Below are positions 17,590 through 34,682 of a stretch of DNA of 64,000 nucleotides, piece after piece. The first letter of the stretch is position 1. Every line of letters starts with the position of its first letter. Made by a program: the position numbers and the translations under genes. The notes under the pieces were generated by a model. That model was not told where the DNA came from. It did not search any database and saw only the letters and a list, made by a program, of their open reading frames with translations. This stretch comes from the human T2T-CHM13v2.0 reference genome, Homo sapiens, in NCBI RefSeq assembly GCF_009914755.1, contig NC_060933.1. One strand, written 5' to 3'.

Positions 17590-17901
17590 GGCCGGGTGTG
17601 GTGGCACATGCCTGTAATCTCAGCACTTTGGGAGGCTGAGGTGGGTGGATCACTTGAGTTCAGGAGTCAAGACCAGCCTGGGCAACATGGCAAAACCCCA
17701 TCTCTCCAAAGAAAAATAAAATAAAAAATAAGCCGAGCATGGTGGCCCGTGCCTGTGACACCAGCTGCTCAGGGGGTTGAGGCCGGAGGATCGCTTGAGC
17801 CCTGGAGGCGGACGTTGCAGTAGCGGAGATCACGCCACTGCACTCCAGTTAGGAAGACGGAAGTGAAACCCTGTCTCAAAAAATAAATAAAATTAAAATT
17901 A
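17590..17901 (+). mobile_element. AluJ
   Basis: Full Alu; TSD aaatactgtataa at ~17577 and ~18205 brackets both this and the next Alu. Confidence 0.88.
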
Positions 17902-17902
17902 A

Positions 17903-18221
<319 letters not shown>

Positions 18222-18297
18222 TTACTCTTAGCTCCTACATTCCATAACCAGGGACATCCCATGTGCTATGTAAGAGTAGCAATGGTTCATGCCTCTC

Positions 18298-18607
<310 letters not shown>

Positions 18608-18959
18608 TAAGAGGTTCCTCCCCTTTGCCAATAATTCTTCCCCAGAGTTAGCCACAGATGGGTCACTATAAGAGCGTTCTTCAAGGGGTCCTGTGTTTTT
18701 TCACGAAAAACAAGGAATGGGCTTGTGTGGCCACACGGTCTGCTGGGGTAACAGCCAGCAGATAGTGAGGCTTTCAGCAGGAACAGCTGCAGGCCTCTTG
18801 CTTTTCCCCACATCTTCAACTACCGAGGCCACTTGCTCACTAGGCCTCCAGTGGCATGGGTGAGCCCTAAGGAGCATGGCAACAGGCAGCCACACAGAGG
18901 ATTCTCATAGTTTTCGTTCTCAGGCACAGGAGAACCTCATAAAGGCACACTTGTTGTTT

Positions 18960-19560
18960 ATCCTAATAGGCATTTAGTAAGTGTTTATTATGACTTAGGT
19001 CCTGTGCTAACCACTGGGGATAAGAGCTGAGTCAGATGTGCTGCCTGCCCCTGAGACCTCACAGTTTAGTGGGAGAAACAGACTCATGAGTGTTATACAC
19101 AGGATGTGTTATGATCAGAGCCTGCAGTGTGTGGGCATAGCTGATGGGTCACTAAAATCTATCTGAGGACTCAGGCTCAGGGGAGGCTTCTCAGAAGAGA
19201 TGAGATTTAAACCGGACTTTAACGGGCATTTCAGACAGAGGGAGCTGCAAGTACAAAGGCACAGAGATGTGAAAGGGCATCTTGGCTCTGGGCACAGTAA
19301 CAGTAAGGTTGGAGTGTCTGTTACACATCAGGGAGTGGAAGAACTGAAACAGGAGAGGTAGCTGGAGTCCAAAGGGCCTGGCCTTTATATGTCATGGGAG
19401 CCACGGAAGGGTTTTAGGGAGAAGAATGTGATGGGCAAGTAAGAATCTTAGAGCTGTGGCAGTATGAGGGCTGGGTGGGAAGAGGTGAGAAATGAACTGG
19501 GGTATTGAAGTGAGGGACAGATTCTAGAGAGATTTAGAAGGTAGAATTGATTGATCTTAT
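18960..19560 (-). mobile_element. L2 fragment
   Basis: catttagtaagtgtttatta...ctcacagtttagtgggaga...gggaggcttctcagaagagatga. Confidence 0.55.
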
Positions 19561-20165
19561 TAGAAATTCTAAGAGCTTCTGGGACAGGAAATTAAAAGAG
19601 AAAGAAGGCAGACTGAAAACTTAGTGAAGGCCCATAGGTAAGATGACAAGATATCTTGCATCAAGCAAATCAGACCTTGATTTCACCTTCTGGACAGCCT
19701 GGCCAAGATGGCCTATGTAATGTTTGTGGACAATAGATGAAAAAGCTTTTTGTTACAGTTTTACAATTTTTTTTTACAGCTACAGAGTTGGATTCAGCAG
19801 ATCTGGCTGGCTAGGCCAGTGTGCCCTTCTTCCTCCCCTCCTGCCCCCACCTCATGTCTTAGCCTCAAAACAAATTACTTTGTCAAGGAAGAAGCCTTCC
19901 CAAGATAGAGGAAGGTTAAGAATTAAGAAACAGCTGTGCTGAGATCTCCATATTAAGTCCTATCTACACCCATGCATTACCACTAAGAACTGTATCAGTC
20001 GGAATGCCCTGCTGCCTGTAGCATACAGTTACACAACAAGCATAGGGACAGATTCCCAGAAGAATTGGTATTTGAGCTGGGTCTTGAAGGAAAGCAAAGG
20101 AAAAATAAGCACACTAAAATAGTATCCTCCCTGGTGTAGCCCTTTTCTAGAAGTACACCTAGAAT

Positions 20166-20362
20166 GCAACAGAATGTTCTGCAGTGATAGAAATTGTCTT
20201 CTGTATTATCCCATATGGTAGCCACTAGTCACACATGACTATTAAAGCACTTGAAATGTGGCTAATGCAACTAAGGGACTGAATTTTTTAATTTTTATTT
20301 TGCTTTAATTTAAATGTAAATAGCCATATTGCAGCTAGTGGCTACCATATTGGACAGCACAG
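20166..20362. mobile_element. MER3 (hAT-Charlie) non-autonomous DNA transposon
   Basis: atatggtagccactag...gcacttgaaatgtggcta...ctagtggctaccatattggacagcacag. Confidence 0.85.
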
Positions 20363-20526
20363 CTCTGGAGTCCACTTAGCATCTCTAGATTCTGTTTCAC
20401 ATGGTCCTTCCTTGCTTCATTCCCCTTGGGAGCTTTGCCTGTCCCTGTTCCCTTCTGCCCAGTCCCTCCAGTTTGACATGCTCATTGGCTACCTTCCAGC
20501 TTCCAACACCAGCTCTGTTTCCTGGG

Positions 20527-20853
<327 letters not shown>

Positions 20854-21153
20854 TGTTTTCTGGTTGTTGATCTCCTCTCTGTCATCATGGCAGAACCCTG
20901 AACTATCTTCCATGTGACTCAGCCTTGCTATCTCCCAACCTTTGCTGGTGTGTGGGCCTAGATAATGTAGCCTCACCGGATCCTGGTCCTACACTTTTGG
21001 TCCTTCGTTAGGCCTTATTCACTCCTCCCTTGTTTTCCTGGCTACTTAAACCAGCCAGTTAGTAACCTGGCATATTCTTTGATGTTTTCCCTCCCTGTCA
21101 ACTTGAGTTAGAGAATGGAACAGTTGGGATGGTCGTGTGTATGTACTGGGGCA

Positions 21154-21157
21154 GTGT

Positions 21158-21191
<34 letters not shown>
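21154..21191. repeat. (TG)n microsatellite
   Basis: Direct reading. Confidence 0.95.
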
Positions 21192-21193
<2 letters not shown>

Positions 21194-21299
21194 GTAACTG
21201 GTTACATAAATACTTTGATAGGAGGTATCTGGTAGTAGGTGAAGGGCTCCATCTCCTGAGATCTTTGCTGTCTGGCATTTTTAACTTTGATTCTTACAA

Positions 21300-21970
21300 A
21301 GTTCAAACATTGAACTTTGGCCGTATAAAAAGGCCAATATTAATAGATTGATTACATTTGTGGGTGGAAAAGATGGATTCAGAATCCAAGAAACAAAAAG
21401 TTTCTTGACAAGCCAAAACACTAGGACAGATTTAACCTGATTATATGTAACAATGACTAATTTCCGATCCTGTATTTGGGTCTAAATGGCTAAATGCCAA
21501 GGTAGCATATATGGTTTAGAAGACTTGGTGGCTTTAGCTGATTATGAATCAGTGGTGGGTAACAAGATAATAAACTCTTGAAAAGAACCAATAGAATAGC
21601 ATCCAAGAGGAGTGATAGGCCTACTCACTTTCCCATGGATTAGACCACACTTGGATCATTGTTTCAGGTTCTGAGCACCTCTCTTTAAAACAAAAACAAA
21701 AACAAAACCCAAGAATTAAAAAAAAAAAAAATCACCTCAAACAACTAAGGGGACTGACCACGATGGTGAAGGGACTGGTGGCCTGCCATACAAGGACTTG
21801 GGACAAGTGAGCTTTAGGAGAGCAGACCATGGGGATGGTCACTGTCTTCAGTCTCCGAAGGGCAGTTACAGAGCACTCCAGAAGGCAGGGCAAAAATAAA
21901 CGAGTGAAAATTTGAGCAGATTTCAGCTCAGTTTCAGGAAAATATTTCCAATTGTCAGAACTGTGACTTC
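21300..21970 (+). mobile_element. L3/CR1 fossil fragments
   Basis: tagaccacacttgga...gttctgagcacc and gcagatttcagctca motifs. Confidence 0.45.
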
Positions 21971-22939
21971 TGGTGGTCCAACCTGCTGAGGCAGTGCAGA
22001 GTTTAGTGGAGACCCTGGAGGAACGATGTCAAACATGCCCCTAAGCCAGTCTGCTCAAATATTGATTGTCTCCCCAGTGGTGGATAGCTAATTCAAAGTG
22101 TGTAGGCCCTGTACTTGCTGACCCCGTTTAGCTTACAGGTTCTATATTAAGTGTCAGACTCTTCTCATTCTAGCTCAGCATTCCAATTAAATAACCTTGG
22201 CTCCTTGCATGTGGGAAACAGGTTTCAAGCACAGAACCCCTAGCACCAAGCAGAATGGCAACATAATTTTAGCTCCTGAGCAAAACGTGTCTCACAATAG
22301 CGTCAGTACAGTGTGCACATTAACATTTGAATATGCTGTATAATAAGCGTGCTAATTACTCTGAGAAGAATACTTAAAGAATAAAATAAGCTGTGATCAT
22401 TAGAGGAGAAGGGGGTTAGCAATTTATGGCATGGGCTGCTGCTTGATATTCAAAAGTACATGATGGCTCTCATCTCAGGTAAAAGGGAATTATTGAAACC
22501 ATAAAAATGTAATGATCGTGGCAGATAGTGATCAGCATTTTATAGGAAATGTTTGTGGCAGAGTCTTTTTTAAAAAACACTTTCAGATTTACTACTAATA
22601 AAATGTGTCCCCATTTGGTTGTTTGGTTCCTTTGAGCAGTTTGAAATGTGAAGCCATTGTTGTAGCGTTAATCTCAGCTTTGTGGAAATGGCTGATGGAG
22701 TCTTCACCCAGATGAGCAGCTGAGATGGGGAGCCCTCAGACTGGACACGGGCCTGATAATCACCTTGCCCGAACAGAAACTGGAAAGGGGAGCTGGAACC
22801 ACACTACTTGATGACCTAGACCTGCGGTTTTCAGTCTGGTCTGCACACCTCTTGGGGGTCTTAATACTCTTTCAGCAGGTTCATTAGGTCAAAATTATTT
22901 TCACAATAATATTAAGATGTTGTGTGACTTGTTCACAGC

Positions 22940-23390
22940 ATTGAAAGACTACATATTATATAATTACATTTATATGAAATGTCTACAAAAATTAGCCAGG
23001 CATGGTGGCGCATGCCTGTGGTCCCAGCTACTTGGGAGGTTGAGGTGGGAAGATCACTTGAGCCCAGAAGGCAGAGGTTGCAGTGAGCAACCTCTGCCCT
23101 CCACTGCACTCAAGCCGGGGTGACAGAGCCAGAGCCTATCCCCCCCCCAAAAAAAGAAAAGAAAATAAAAGTCCATAATAGGTAAACCCATAGAGATAGA
23201 AAGCAGATAGTAGCTGCCAGGGACTGGGGGAGGCCAGAATGGGGAGTGATGGCTTAATGGGTACAGGGTTTCCTTTTGTGATGAAAATGTTCTGGAACTA
23301 GGTAGCAGTGGCATTTGTACGACACTGTGAATGTACTAAATGCCATTGAATTATATACTTTAAAATGCTGACTGTTACATGAATTTTACC
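22940..23390 (+). mobile_element. L1MB 3' end interrupted by an Alu right-arm fragment (~22980-23170)
   Basis: cttaatgggtacagggtttcc...gatgaaaatgttctggaacta...gtgaatgtactaaatgcca; Alu monomer inside. Confidence 0.75.
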
Positions 23391-24541
23391 ACACACACAC
23401 AAAAAAAATGTGAAGGTCGCATATTGTAGTGCATGGGAGCTTCTTCCCATCCAGAACAGAAGCTTCTTGAGGGTCTTCTAATCTTGGAAGTTCTCTTTGT
23501 TATGTGCTGTTTGAAACCAGCACATGGAAGTTCTCTTCACCACAATTCTTTCAGTAGCTACAATTCTTAAAGTAATGAAACATTTTCCCTAGTTCCCCAA
23601 CACACTAGGTATTTTAAATCTACTTCTTTTAACCCTGTCTCTGCTAGTTTCTGTATCTGAAATATCTTCTGTCAACCTGGAAAGCTACTACTACCTGGCC
23701 TTTGAAACCCATCTAAAATGACACTCCCTCTGCAAAATCTTCCTGGGCCACCACGCACCCCAAGAATTGGTCCCTTCTGCCTCTCTGGATTTCTACAGTA
23801 CTTTGGTTCTATTCCTTTTAACATAGTCCTGATACAAGGCCTTATCACATTGAATCACAGTTAGAACATATCACTTTTTGTTAATGTCTGTCTCCCCAAA
23901 GGTGACTTGTAAGAGCAGTATTTTCTTATCCCTAAAGCACAATGCACACACATACACAAACACACGCATACTCCAAATGTGCTCATTAACAACTATATGT
24001 TAGGTACTTTTTTAGAGGCCTTAGAGACATTAACTCATTTAATCCATATAACCTTATATACATTTTATTGATGATTCAACTCAGGAAACAAAAACTTTCA
24101 GGTTGTAAAGTGATGTTAAAACAGAAAATCCATGTGATAGCAAAACCAAACTTGGCACATGGTTGCTGCACATGGTTGCTGCCTGTTTTCTCTAACAATA
24201 GAAAAAAATGGCTAATAATATTAAGTAAATGGAAGAGACTTTATGACTTAAGTGACATTTAGGAAGATGTTTCCATACTTTTCAGACTTCATAGTGTTAG
24301 AGCTGAGAGGGACCTTGGGGATCTCCTGGTGCGAGTTAAAGGTAAGGCAGGGAAAATAGGGCTTGCCTGTACCAGAATAATCCTGTAGAAGAAATCCTGT
24401 AGAAGAAACAGGAACCTAAAGCTTAAGAGGAGGGATCGGGAGGAGGAAAAGAAGCCAAGAGAGAGAAGGCATTCATCAAGGAGAGAAAGGATAGTTAAGA
24501 CAGTTATTCAGCTAGCACCTTAGAAACCCTGCCCAGAAGAG

Positions 24542-24762
24542 GGCCAGGCATGGTGGCTCACACCGGTAATCCCAGCACTTTGGGAGGCAGAGGTGGGCGG
24601 ATCATGAAGTCAGGAGATCGAGACCATCCTGGCTAACACAGTGAAACCCTGTCTCTACTAAAAATACAAAAAATTAGGCAGAGCTTGCAGTGAGCCGAGA
24701 TCGTGCCACTGCACTCCAGCCTGGGTGACAGAGCAAGACTCCGTCTCAAAAAAAAAAAAAAA
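24542..24762 (+). mobile_element. AluY/Sc with internal deletion of most of the right arm
   Basis: aaaaattag joined directly to gcagagcttgcagtgag at ~24677. Confidence 0.85.
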
Positions 24763-25109
24763 CCATTCATTTGTTGATTTTGTTGATTTTGTTTTTGTTT
24801 TTTTTAACCCATCCTTGCTCAAAGAAATAAAATACATTCATTTGTAAGTAACTAAAACACAACCAACAGACTGACCTAACAACAAAAGTTCACACTAAAA
24901 GTCCAGGGTAATTCAGGCTCCAGGCTTGGTTTGATTTAGCAGATCACCAATGTCATTAAAGCTGACTTTGATGTGAGATGGCTGCCAACAATTCCCAGAG
25001 CTACATAAGTCCTTGTCCATATCCAGATAGACAAAGGTCATTTCTACAAGCCTCTCTCTCAGGAGCCCCTAGAGAACCTCTGTTAATCTAAACTGAGTCA
25101 TATGCCTAC

Positions 25110-25690
25110 AGTGGCTATGTGGGGCCTTGCCCAGTGCCCCTCTTCCCTGCAGATACACCCATCCTTCAGCTGCAGGGGATATTACTGCTCTCAGCCTCAG
25201 GAAACCATTTCATGTTCTCCTAGGGTACAGCCTGAGGCCAGTGACAGGCTGATGTGGGAATACACTTCAACTTAGGACAACTCTGAAGGGCTAGCCCAGC
25301 TCCTGGGCTCCCAGTGGGACCAGAGAAAGCCTTCATTGTAACTACCCAGCAACTATTTTGCTGGTCAGCTTCTCTCTACACCCAACCCTGTCTTCTTTAC
25401 TTCCTCACAGTTGTATGTCCTGAGAACACTTTTCAATAAACCATCTGCATGCCATGCACAGTAGTGCATGCCTATATTAGGTACAGATGCAATTCTGTAC
25501 CAGCTACTCAGGAGGCTGAGGCAGAAGGATTGCTTGAGCCCAGGCATTCAAGTCCAGCCTGGGCAACATAGCAAGACCGTGTTTCAATATTTAAAAAAAA
25601 GAAATAAGAAAAAATAAAAATGAAAAAAAAAAACCCTTCTGCATGCAACTTTCCATCTTAAATTCTGTTTCTGGAGAACTCAATCTAAGA
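25110..25690 (+). mobile_element. ERVL LTR (LTR16-like) interrupted by a FLAM monomer (~25452-25632)
   Basis: LTR end caataaacc..ctgcatgcaa..tccatctt..tctgtttctggagaactcaatctaaga; TSD-like aaacc.tctgcatg flanks the monomer. Confidence 0.55.
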
Positions 25691-26816
25691 TAGTGCTCAC
25701 TTCTGAATCAATAAGTGTGACAAGATGTGGGACTATGCTGATAAATTAGGATTAATTGCATGCCCTATCCTAGAGTTGGAATCAACCTCTGTTGCTTAGA
25801 AATTAGCATTATAGTCTAGCGTGTCAGAGCTGGAAGAGTTTCAAAGATCATGCAGTCCTTCTCCTTTAGCTAATAGAAGACACAGAGAGGGGATGGAACC
25901 CACCTAAGTTACACAGTTAAACTAGGACCCAGACCCGGATGTCTTTATTCCAGAGCGGAGTTCTTTCCACTGTAACCCATTTCCCATTTTTGGTCATTAA
26001 GCAGAAATGGCAATCCATCTATCTCAAAGTGACAGGACTGCCTGTCTAACGGACCTCAACATTCTCACAAATAGGTGGTAGACAATCTCTGCACCCCATT
26101 CCTTTTCAGCAGCCTAATTTATAGACATATTTTTATTTTATTCCACTCAGGATTTAAAAATATTTTTTGAAAGAGTAATGTGTTCATATGGTTCAAAAAA
26201 TATTTTTAAGTATAAAAAGGTATGCACTAAAAAGTTTCACTCCTACTTCTTCCTCATCCCACCTACTCCCCTCCCACAGGTAATTTCTCTTATTCAGTTT
26301 CTTATGAACCATAACAAGAACTTTGAAATCAATTGTTCTGATTACCAAAACAGTCTGGAGGAGTGGCGATACTGCGATGTAGAGAGCCTCAGTGAATGAA
26401 AGAATGAAATATTGACCAAGTCCAAATTCAGTGTTCTTTCCATAATATCACCATGCTTTTAAAAAGACCTGAGGTGTGTGGTGAGAGCTTAGATACCAGA
26501 AGTAGGATGAAAGGTGTAAGTTAGCCTGGAAGACAGGCTGAGCTATTGAACCAGGGCCCTTTAAATTCCCTGACTTGACAGAGCCTGCAGAGGGGCTGAT
26601 TGGCCCGAGCTGTGAAGAGAAGAGGAACTCAACAGGCAGGTGTTTGCATTGAAATAGGACTTGACTCATCCTGCATCTTCATGTAATACACCTAGTCTGT
26701 CACAAAGCCTTGTCAAGTCTTCTTGTGAAATATTTACCCTATCTGTCCCTAACTTTCTCTTCTCACAACAAAAAAACATACTCCAGACTTCAGTCAACTC
26801 ACACATGGGTTATTGA

Positions 26817-27177
<361 letters not shown>

Positions 27178-27437
27178 TAAATGAGCATGTATTGCATCCA
27201 GTTTCCATTTATAGCTTATATGTAAATTACGTTGGTCCTTTAAAAAGCCTAGTTCTTTCAACTTCCAACTCCATATAGTGGCAACAACTCCATTAGCGTG
27301 TTAGTTAAAAGGGTCAAAGAAGATTTGCTCCAGCTCAGAAACAAGGCTGATCACCAGAAAGATGAGACTTGCCCAGCAAATGAATAAACAAATTGTTTAT
27401 CCATTGTTAATTGTTTATCCATTATTTTCCCACTGTT

Positions 27438-27950
<513 letters not shown>

Positions 27951-28088
27951 GAAATGAGCTACTGATGCACCCAACAACCCAGATAAATCTCAAAACATCA
28001 TGTTGAGTAAAAGAAGTCAGATATAAGAGAATACATGCAGTATGAGTCCATTCATATGAAGTTCAAGAACAGGTAAAATAATCTATGG

Positions 28089-28530
<442 letters not shown>

Positions 28531-28602
28531 TCATTAACCGTATGCTTGAGATCTGTGTGTTCCACTGTAACTGTTCCCCAATGAGGGGGAGAGAGAAAGA
28601 GA

Positions 28603-28724
28603 GTCCAGGCACGGTAGCTCATGCCTCTAATCCCAACACTTTTGGTGGCCGAGGCAGGAGGGTTGATTGAGCCCAGAAGTTCAAGACCAGCCTGGGCAAC
28701 ATAGGGAGACCCCCATCTCTACAA

Positions 28725-28757
<33 letters not shown>

Positions 28758-28912
28758 TAAAATTGGCCAGGCGTGGTGGGATGCACCTGTAGTCCCAGCT
28801 ACTTGGGAGGCTGAGGTGGGAGGATTGCTTGAGCCCAGGAGTTTGAGGTTGCAGTGATCACACCACTTTACTCCAGGCTGGACAACAGAGCGAGACCCTG
28901 TCTCAAAAAAAA
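28603..28912 (+). mobile_element. AluJ with (AAT)n middle linker
   Basis: Sense Alu. Confidence 0.88.
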
Positions 28913-29394
28913 TAATTTAAAAAGCCCAAATATTGGTAAAAAACAGAGGCTTCCTAGTAGTCTCCTACTTTTTCTCAATTCCTTACTGAAAAACATCTGA
29001 AGAAAATGGAAAATTAGGAATCCCCAACACCATAAAAAGTCTGAAAGAAATCTGATGCCAGAGTCTTGGCAGCATTTCTGTTTTCTGTTCTTCTAATGTG
29101 CATGTTGCAGCTGTATTAAGAAACACTGACCCAATTTAGAGCACACATTATACTCACCTGAATTTTATGAGCGGATGCCTGAGAAAAGGAAAGAATGCCC
29201 TTGGCTGCTCCCACACCATCTGTCCTCTGCCCCTCTGGGACATTAGCCTGATGGGAACAGATCGCTGAGGAGGCAGAGCACCTTTTCCCAGCACCTACAC
29301 CCAAGGCCAGGACCCTCCTCTGCCAGCTTGCTTGCTTTTTCAACTTAAATCTTATTTGTTTCAGGGTAATACATGGGCAGAGTTTTAAACATCA

Positions 29395-29787
<393 letters not shown>

Positions 29788-30940
29788 TCATTCTCCACAG
29801 ACAGTGCTCCAGAGACTGTTCTTTTAGCAGTTGCTTCTGTTGTTTACCTCCTTTTATATAAATACTATGACTATATTATTCTTTTTTTAAAAATTTTTGA
29901 CATTAACTATTGACTTCCTACTATGAAAAATAAGACTTTATCTCTCTTCATCCTTACTTTCCCACACTTTTGACTCCCCCCTCCTTTCAGTAATGGTTAC
30001 TTATGTTAATGTGACTCTGTATGTGGTGTTTACAGGTGATTTTAAGACCTACATATAACATACTATAATTATATTTTTTGTACAACTTTTAATTTTTCCT
30101 GGTGTTAAGAATAACCTCTTTTTGTCTTCCTTTGGCTTAATTTACTACATCCGTCAGAGCTGTAAAACTCCTCTCTCTTCTCAGTGTGGTTACGCAGGTG
30201 GTATCCTTGATTGTTATTTCCTGACATCCCCCCACCACCCCACCCCCGGCCACCCCAAGAACCTTCTGTCCTCTGGTTCCCGCCTACACAGGATTGCCCT
30301 CCGGGCCAGCTGTACAGCTAACATTATGGGCATGTATTCTTCAGGAGCTTCCTGGAAAGGGGTGCATGGAGGGTCAATATTCTGACACGCTGAATGTATG
30401 TAAGTCTTTATTCTATGCTTACTCTTGAATGATAATTTGGCTGCGGAAGTTCTAAGATGATAACTTTCTTCACAATTTTGAAGACTGTCAGTTGCTCCAC
30501 TGTCTTCTAGTTTCCAGTGTTCTACTGAGAAGGCTCATGCCATTTTGAATCCTAGTCTTCAGATTATGATTTTTTTCCCCTCTTAGGACACTTTTAGGAT
30601 TTCTAGTTTTCTGCAACTTCATTATGATATGCCTTGGTGGGCCATTTCGATCTGGAATCCTAGAGGAATTGCGTTGTATTACTGTTTGATAATTTCATTA
30701 TTTACAGCTATCGGTACTAAAAATACTGACATTTGGGGGTTCCTCAAGGAACCTGCTTCCTGATCACCCTAGGGGAGTGCCCACTAGTCTTTAAGACCTA
30801 CCAGGGGACACAGAGTTCCCACAGAAGCACTTTTTAGTGCCTCTCTCATAAATATAAATGGATATTTAAGGATGATCATATACTCAGGAAAGACTCTATA
30901 ATGAAAGCCAGAACTCTGTGTTACTAAAAAGAAACCTGGA

Positions 30941-31590
<650 letters not shown>

Positions 31591-32538
31591 ATGAATAAAA
31601 TTTAAATATATATATTTAATGTACATATGTTAGATATAAATATGTCCATAAATATATTTATTATACATATATTTATGTATATATGTTTACATACATAAAT
31701 ACATGTGTATGTATTTAAAGATGTTAAAATATGTTCACCTGAGCTCCATATGCTTGAAAGAAAAAAAAGAGGTTAAAATATGTTACATTAATGGAATAAA
31801 AACAGCATGTTATGAAAAATGAACATTAAAAATAAGAAAGAGCCCTTGGAAATTAAAAATATGACAGCTAAAAAAAAAACCAAATGTGGTTATCTTATTT
31901 TTTCTTAAACTAGTCACTTTCCCCCAGAAAAGACTCTTCCAGTCTCCTGCCTCTGGAGATTAGCCATTAGCATTCTGGAGCCAGCTGGGAAAAGGGGAGT
32001 TGGAGGAGTAGCTCACCATTTAGGATGTAGACTTCCAGTTCATCCCCTCCATTCTGTCTTTTCCGTCTTTCTTGAACTCTGATTAGTCAGATGTTGGACC
32101 TCCTGGACCGATTCTCTACTTTTATATGTATTTTTCCTTTAGGGTATTTCTTTATATTTTTATGCTATTTTTGGGGCAAATTTCCTCAATTCTATCCTTA
32201 AATCCTTTTAGTGATTTGGGAGGGTATGAAGATAAGCGTATCAATTTACCATGACTAACTAGAAATCCTTCTGATACCATTCTACATCTTGGCTGATAGT
32301 ATGTCCTTTTGCAGAAAGGGAGATAAGAAATGGGCCTGGGGAATCCACAGCCACCCTCATCTGGGCCTGGTGTCTCTAAGCCCAGCGCTCTATTAGCTTT
32401 ACTTTCTCCAGAAAGTAAACTTCTGCTCTTCTGCCATTTGTCCACTGGCTTAGCATTTTCTAAACTCTCCCAGAGGTACTGGTAAGGACACAGACAGAAA
32501 AATAAACGAACAGAGAAGGAAGTTCAGAAATAGACTTA

Positions 32539-33015
<477 letters not shown>

Positions 33016-33102
33016 TTAAGGAATGGTATTGGAATAACAGCTAGCCATTAAAATAAAGAACATGAGATCTTTACTTCAAACCATACATTAAAAGTCCAAG
33101 AA

Positions 33103-33402
33103 GCCTGGGCGCAGTGGCTCACGCCTGTAATCCCAACATTTTGGGAGGATGAGGCGGGCGGATCACCTGAGGTCAGGAGTTCAAGACCAGCCTAGCCAAC
33201 ATGGTAAAACCCCATCTCTACAAAAATACAAAAAAATTAGCCAGGCATGATGATGGGTGCCTGTAATCCCAGCTACTTGGGAGGCTGAGGTAGGAGAATC
33301 ACTTGAACCTCAGAGGCAGAGGTTGCAGTGAGCTGAGATCATACCATTACACTCCAGCCTGGACGACAGAGTGCGACTCCTGTCTCAAAAAAAAAAAAGA
33401 AA
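33103..33402 (+). mobile_element. AluS
   Basis: Sense Alu; TSD aaagtccaag. Confidence 0.9.
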
Positions 33403-33584
33403 GTCCAAGTAGATGAAAGATTTCACATAAAAAATGAAACCAGAAGTACCAGAAGAAAATATAGGTGAATACTGATATAATCTTGGAGTGAGGAAGGTCT
33501 TTCTAATCATGACATAAAACCATTAACCATAAAGACTGGTTTGATCCTGAATAAAAATTTAAAATTTTTCTTCATCTCCCCCTG

Positions 33585-33599
33585 TATGTGTGTGGTGTA

Positions 33600-33635
<36 letters not shown>
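33585..33635. repeat. (TG)n microsatellite
   Basis: Direct reading. Confidence 0.92.
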
Positions 33636-33638
<3 letters not shown>

Positions 33639-34152
33639 ACACCTATACATGGAGATATATCTCTATCCTATAAACAACATTTTAAAAGCACACACAAAAA
33701 ATTGGGAAAAATAGTTTGGATATATATATGTTACACTAAAGGCTAACATTCTTAATATATAAGAGCACTTGTTAATAAATAATTTTAAAACACCAATAAG
33801 ACACAAACATGCAACTTACAAAGAAGTACAAATGGCTTAAAAATATCTGAAAAAGTATTTAGCTTTATTTGTTATATAAAGAAGTACAAATTGAAACAAC
33901 CAAATGGGATATTTTCAACTTACCTAATTGACAAAGTTTATCAGTTTTATTGGGATACAGTTATATGAAGTTCATCCTTCTAAAGTATACAATTCAGTGA
34001 TTTTTAGTATATTCACACAGTTGTGTAACCATCACCACTACCAAATTCCAGAGCATTTCCCTTCCCCCCCAAAGAAGCCCCATACTCATTAGCAGTCACT
34101 CCCCATAACTTCCAGTCCTTGGCAACCACTAATCTGTCTCTGTGGGTTTGCC

Positions 34153-34526
<374 letters not shown>

Positions 34527-34612
34527 TAGCATATTTTCAAAGTTCATCAATGTTGTAGCATGTATCAGCATTTAATTCCTTTTTATGGCCAAATAGTATT
34601 CCATTGTATGGA

Positions 34613-34651
34613 TGTATTTGTTTCCTATTCGCTGCTATAACAAATTACCAC

Positions 34652-34682
<31 letters not shown>

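Noticed and set aside
25453-25470. CATGCAC/GTGCATG hairpin
   Set aside because: Explained by the native 5' stem of the Alu/7SL monomer after CpG decay.
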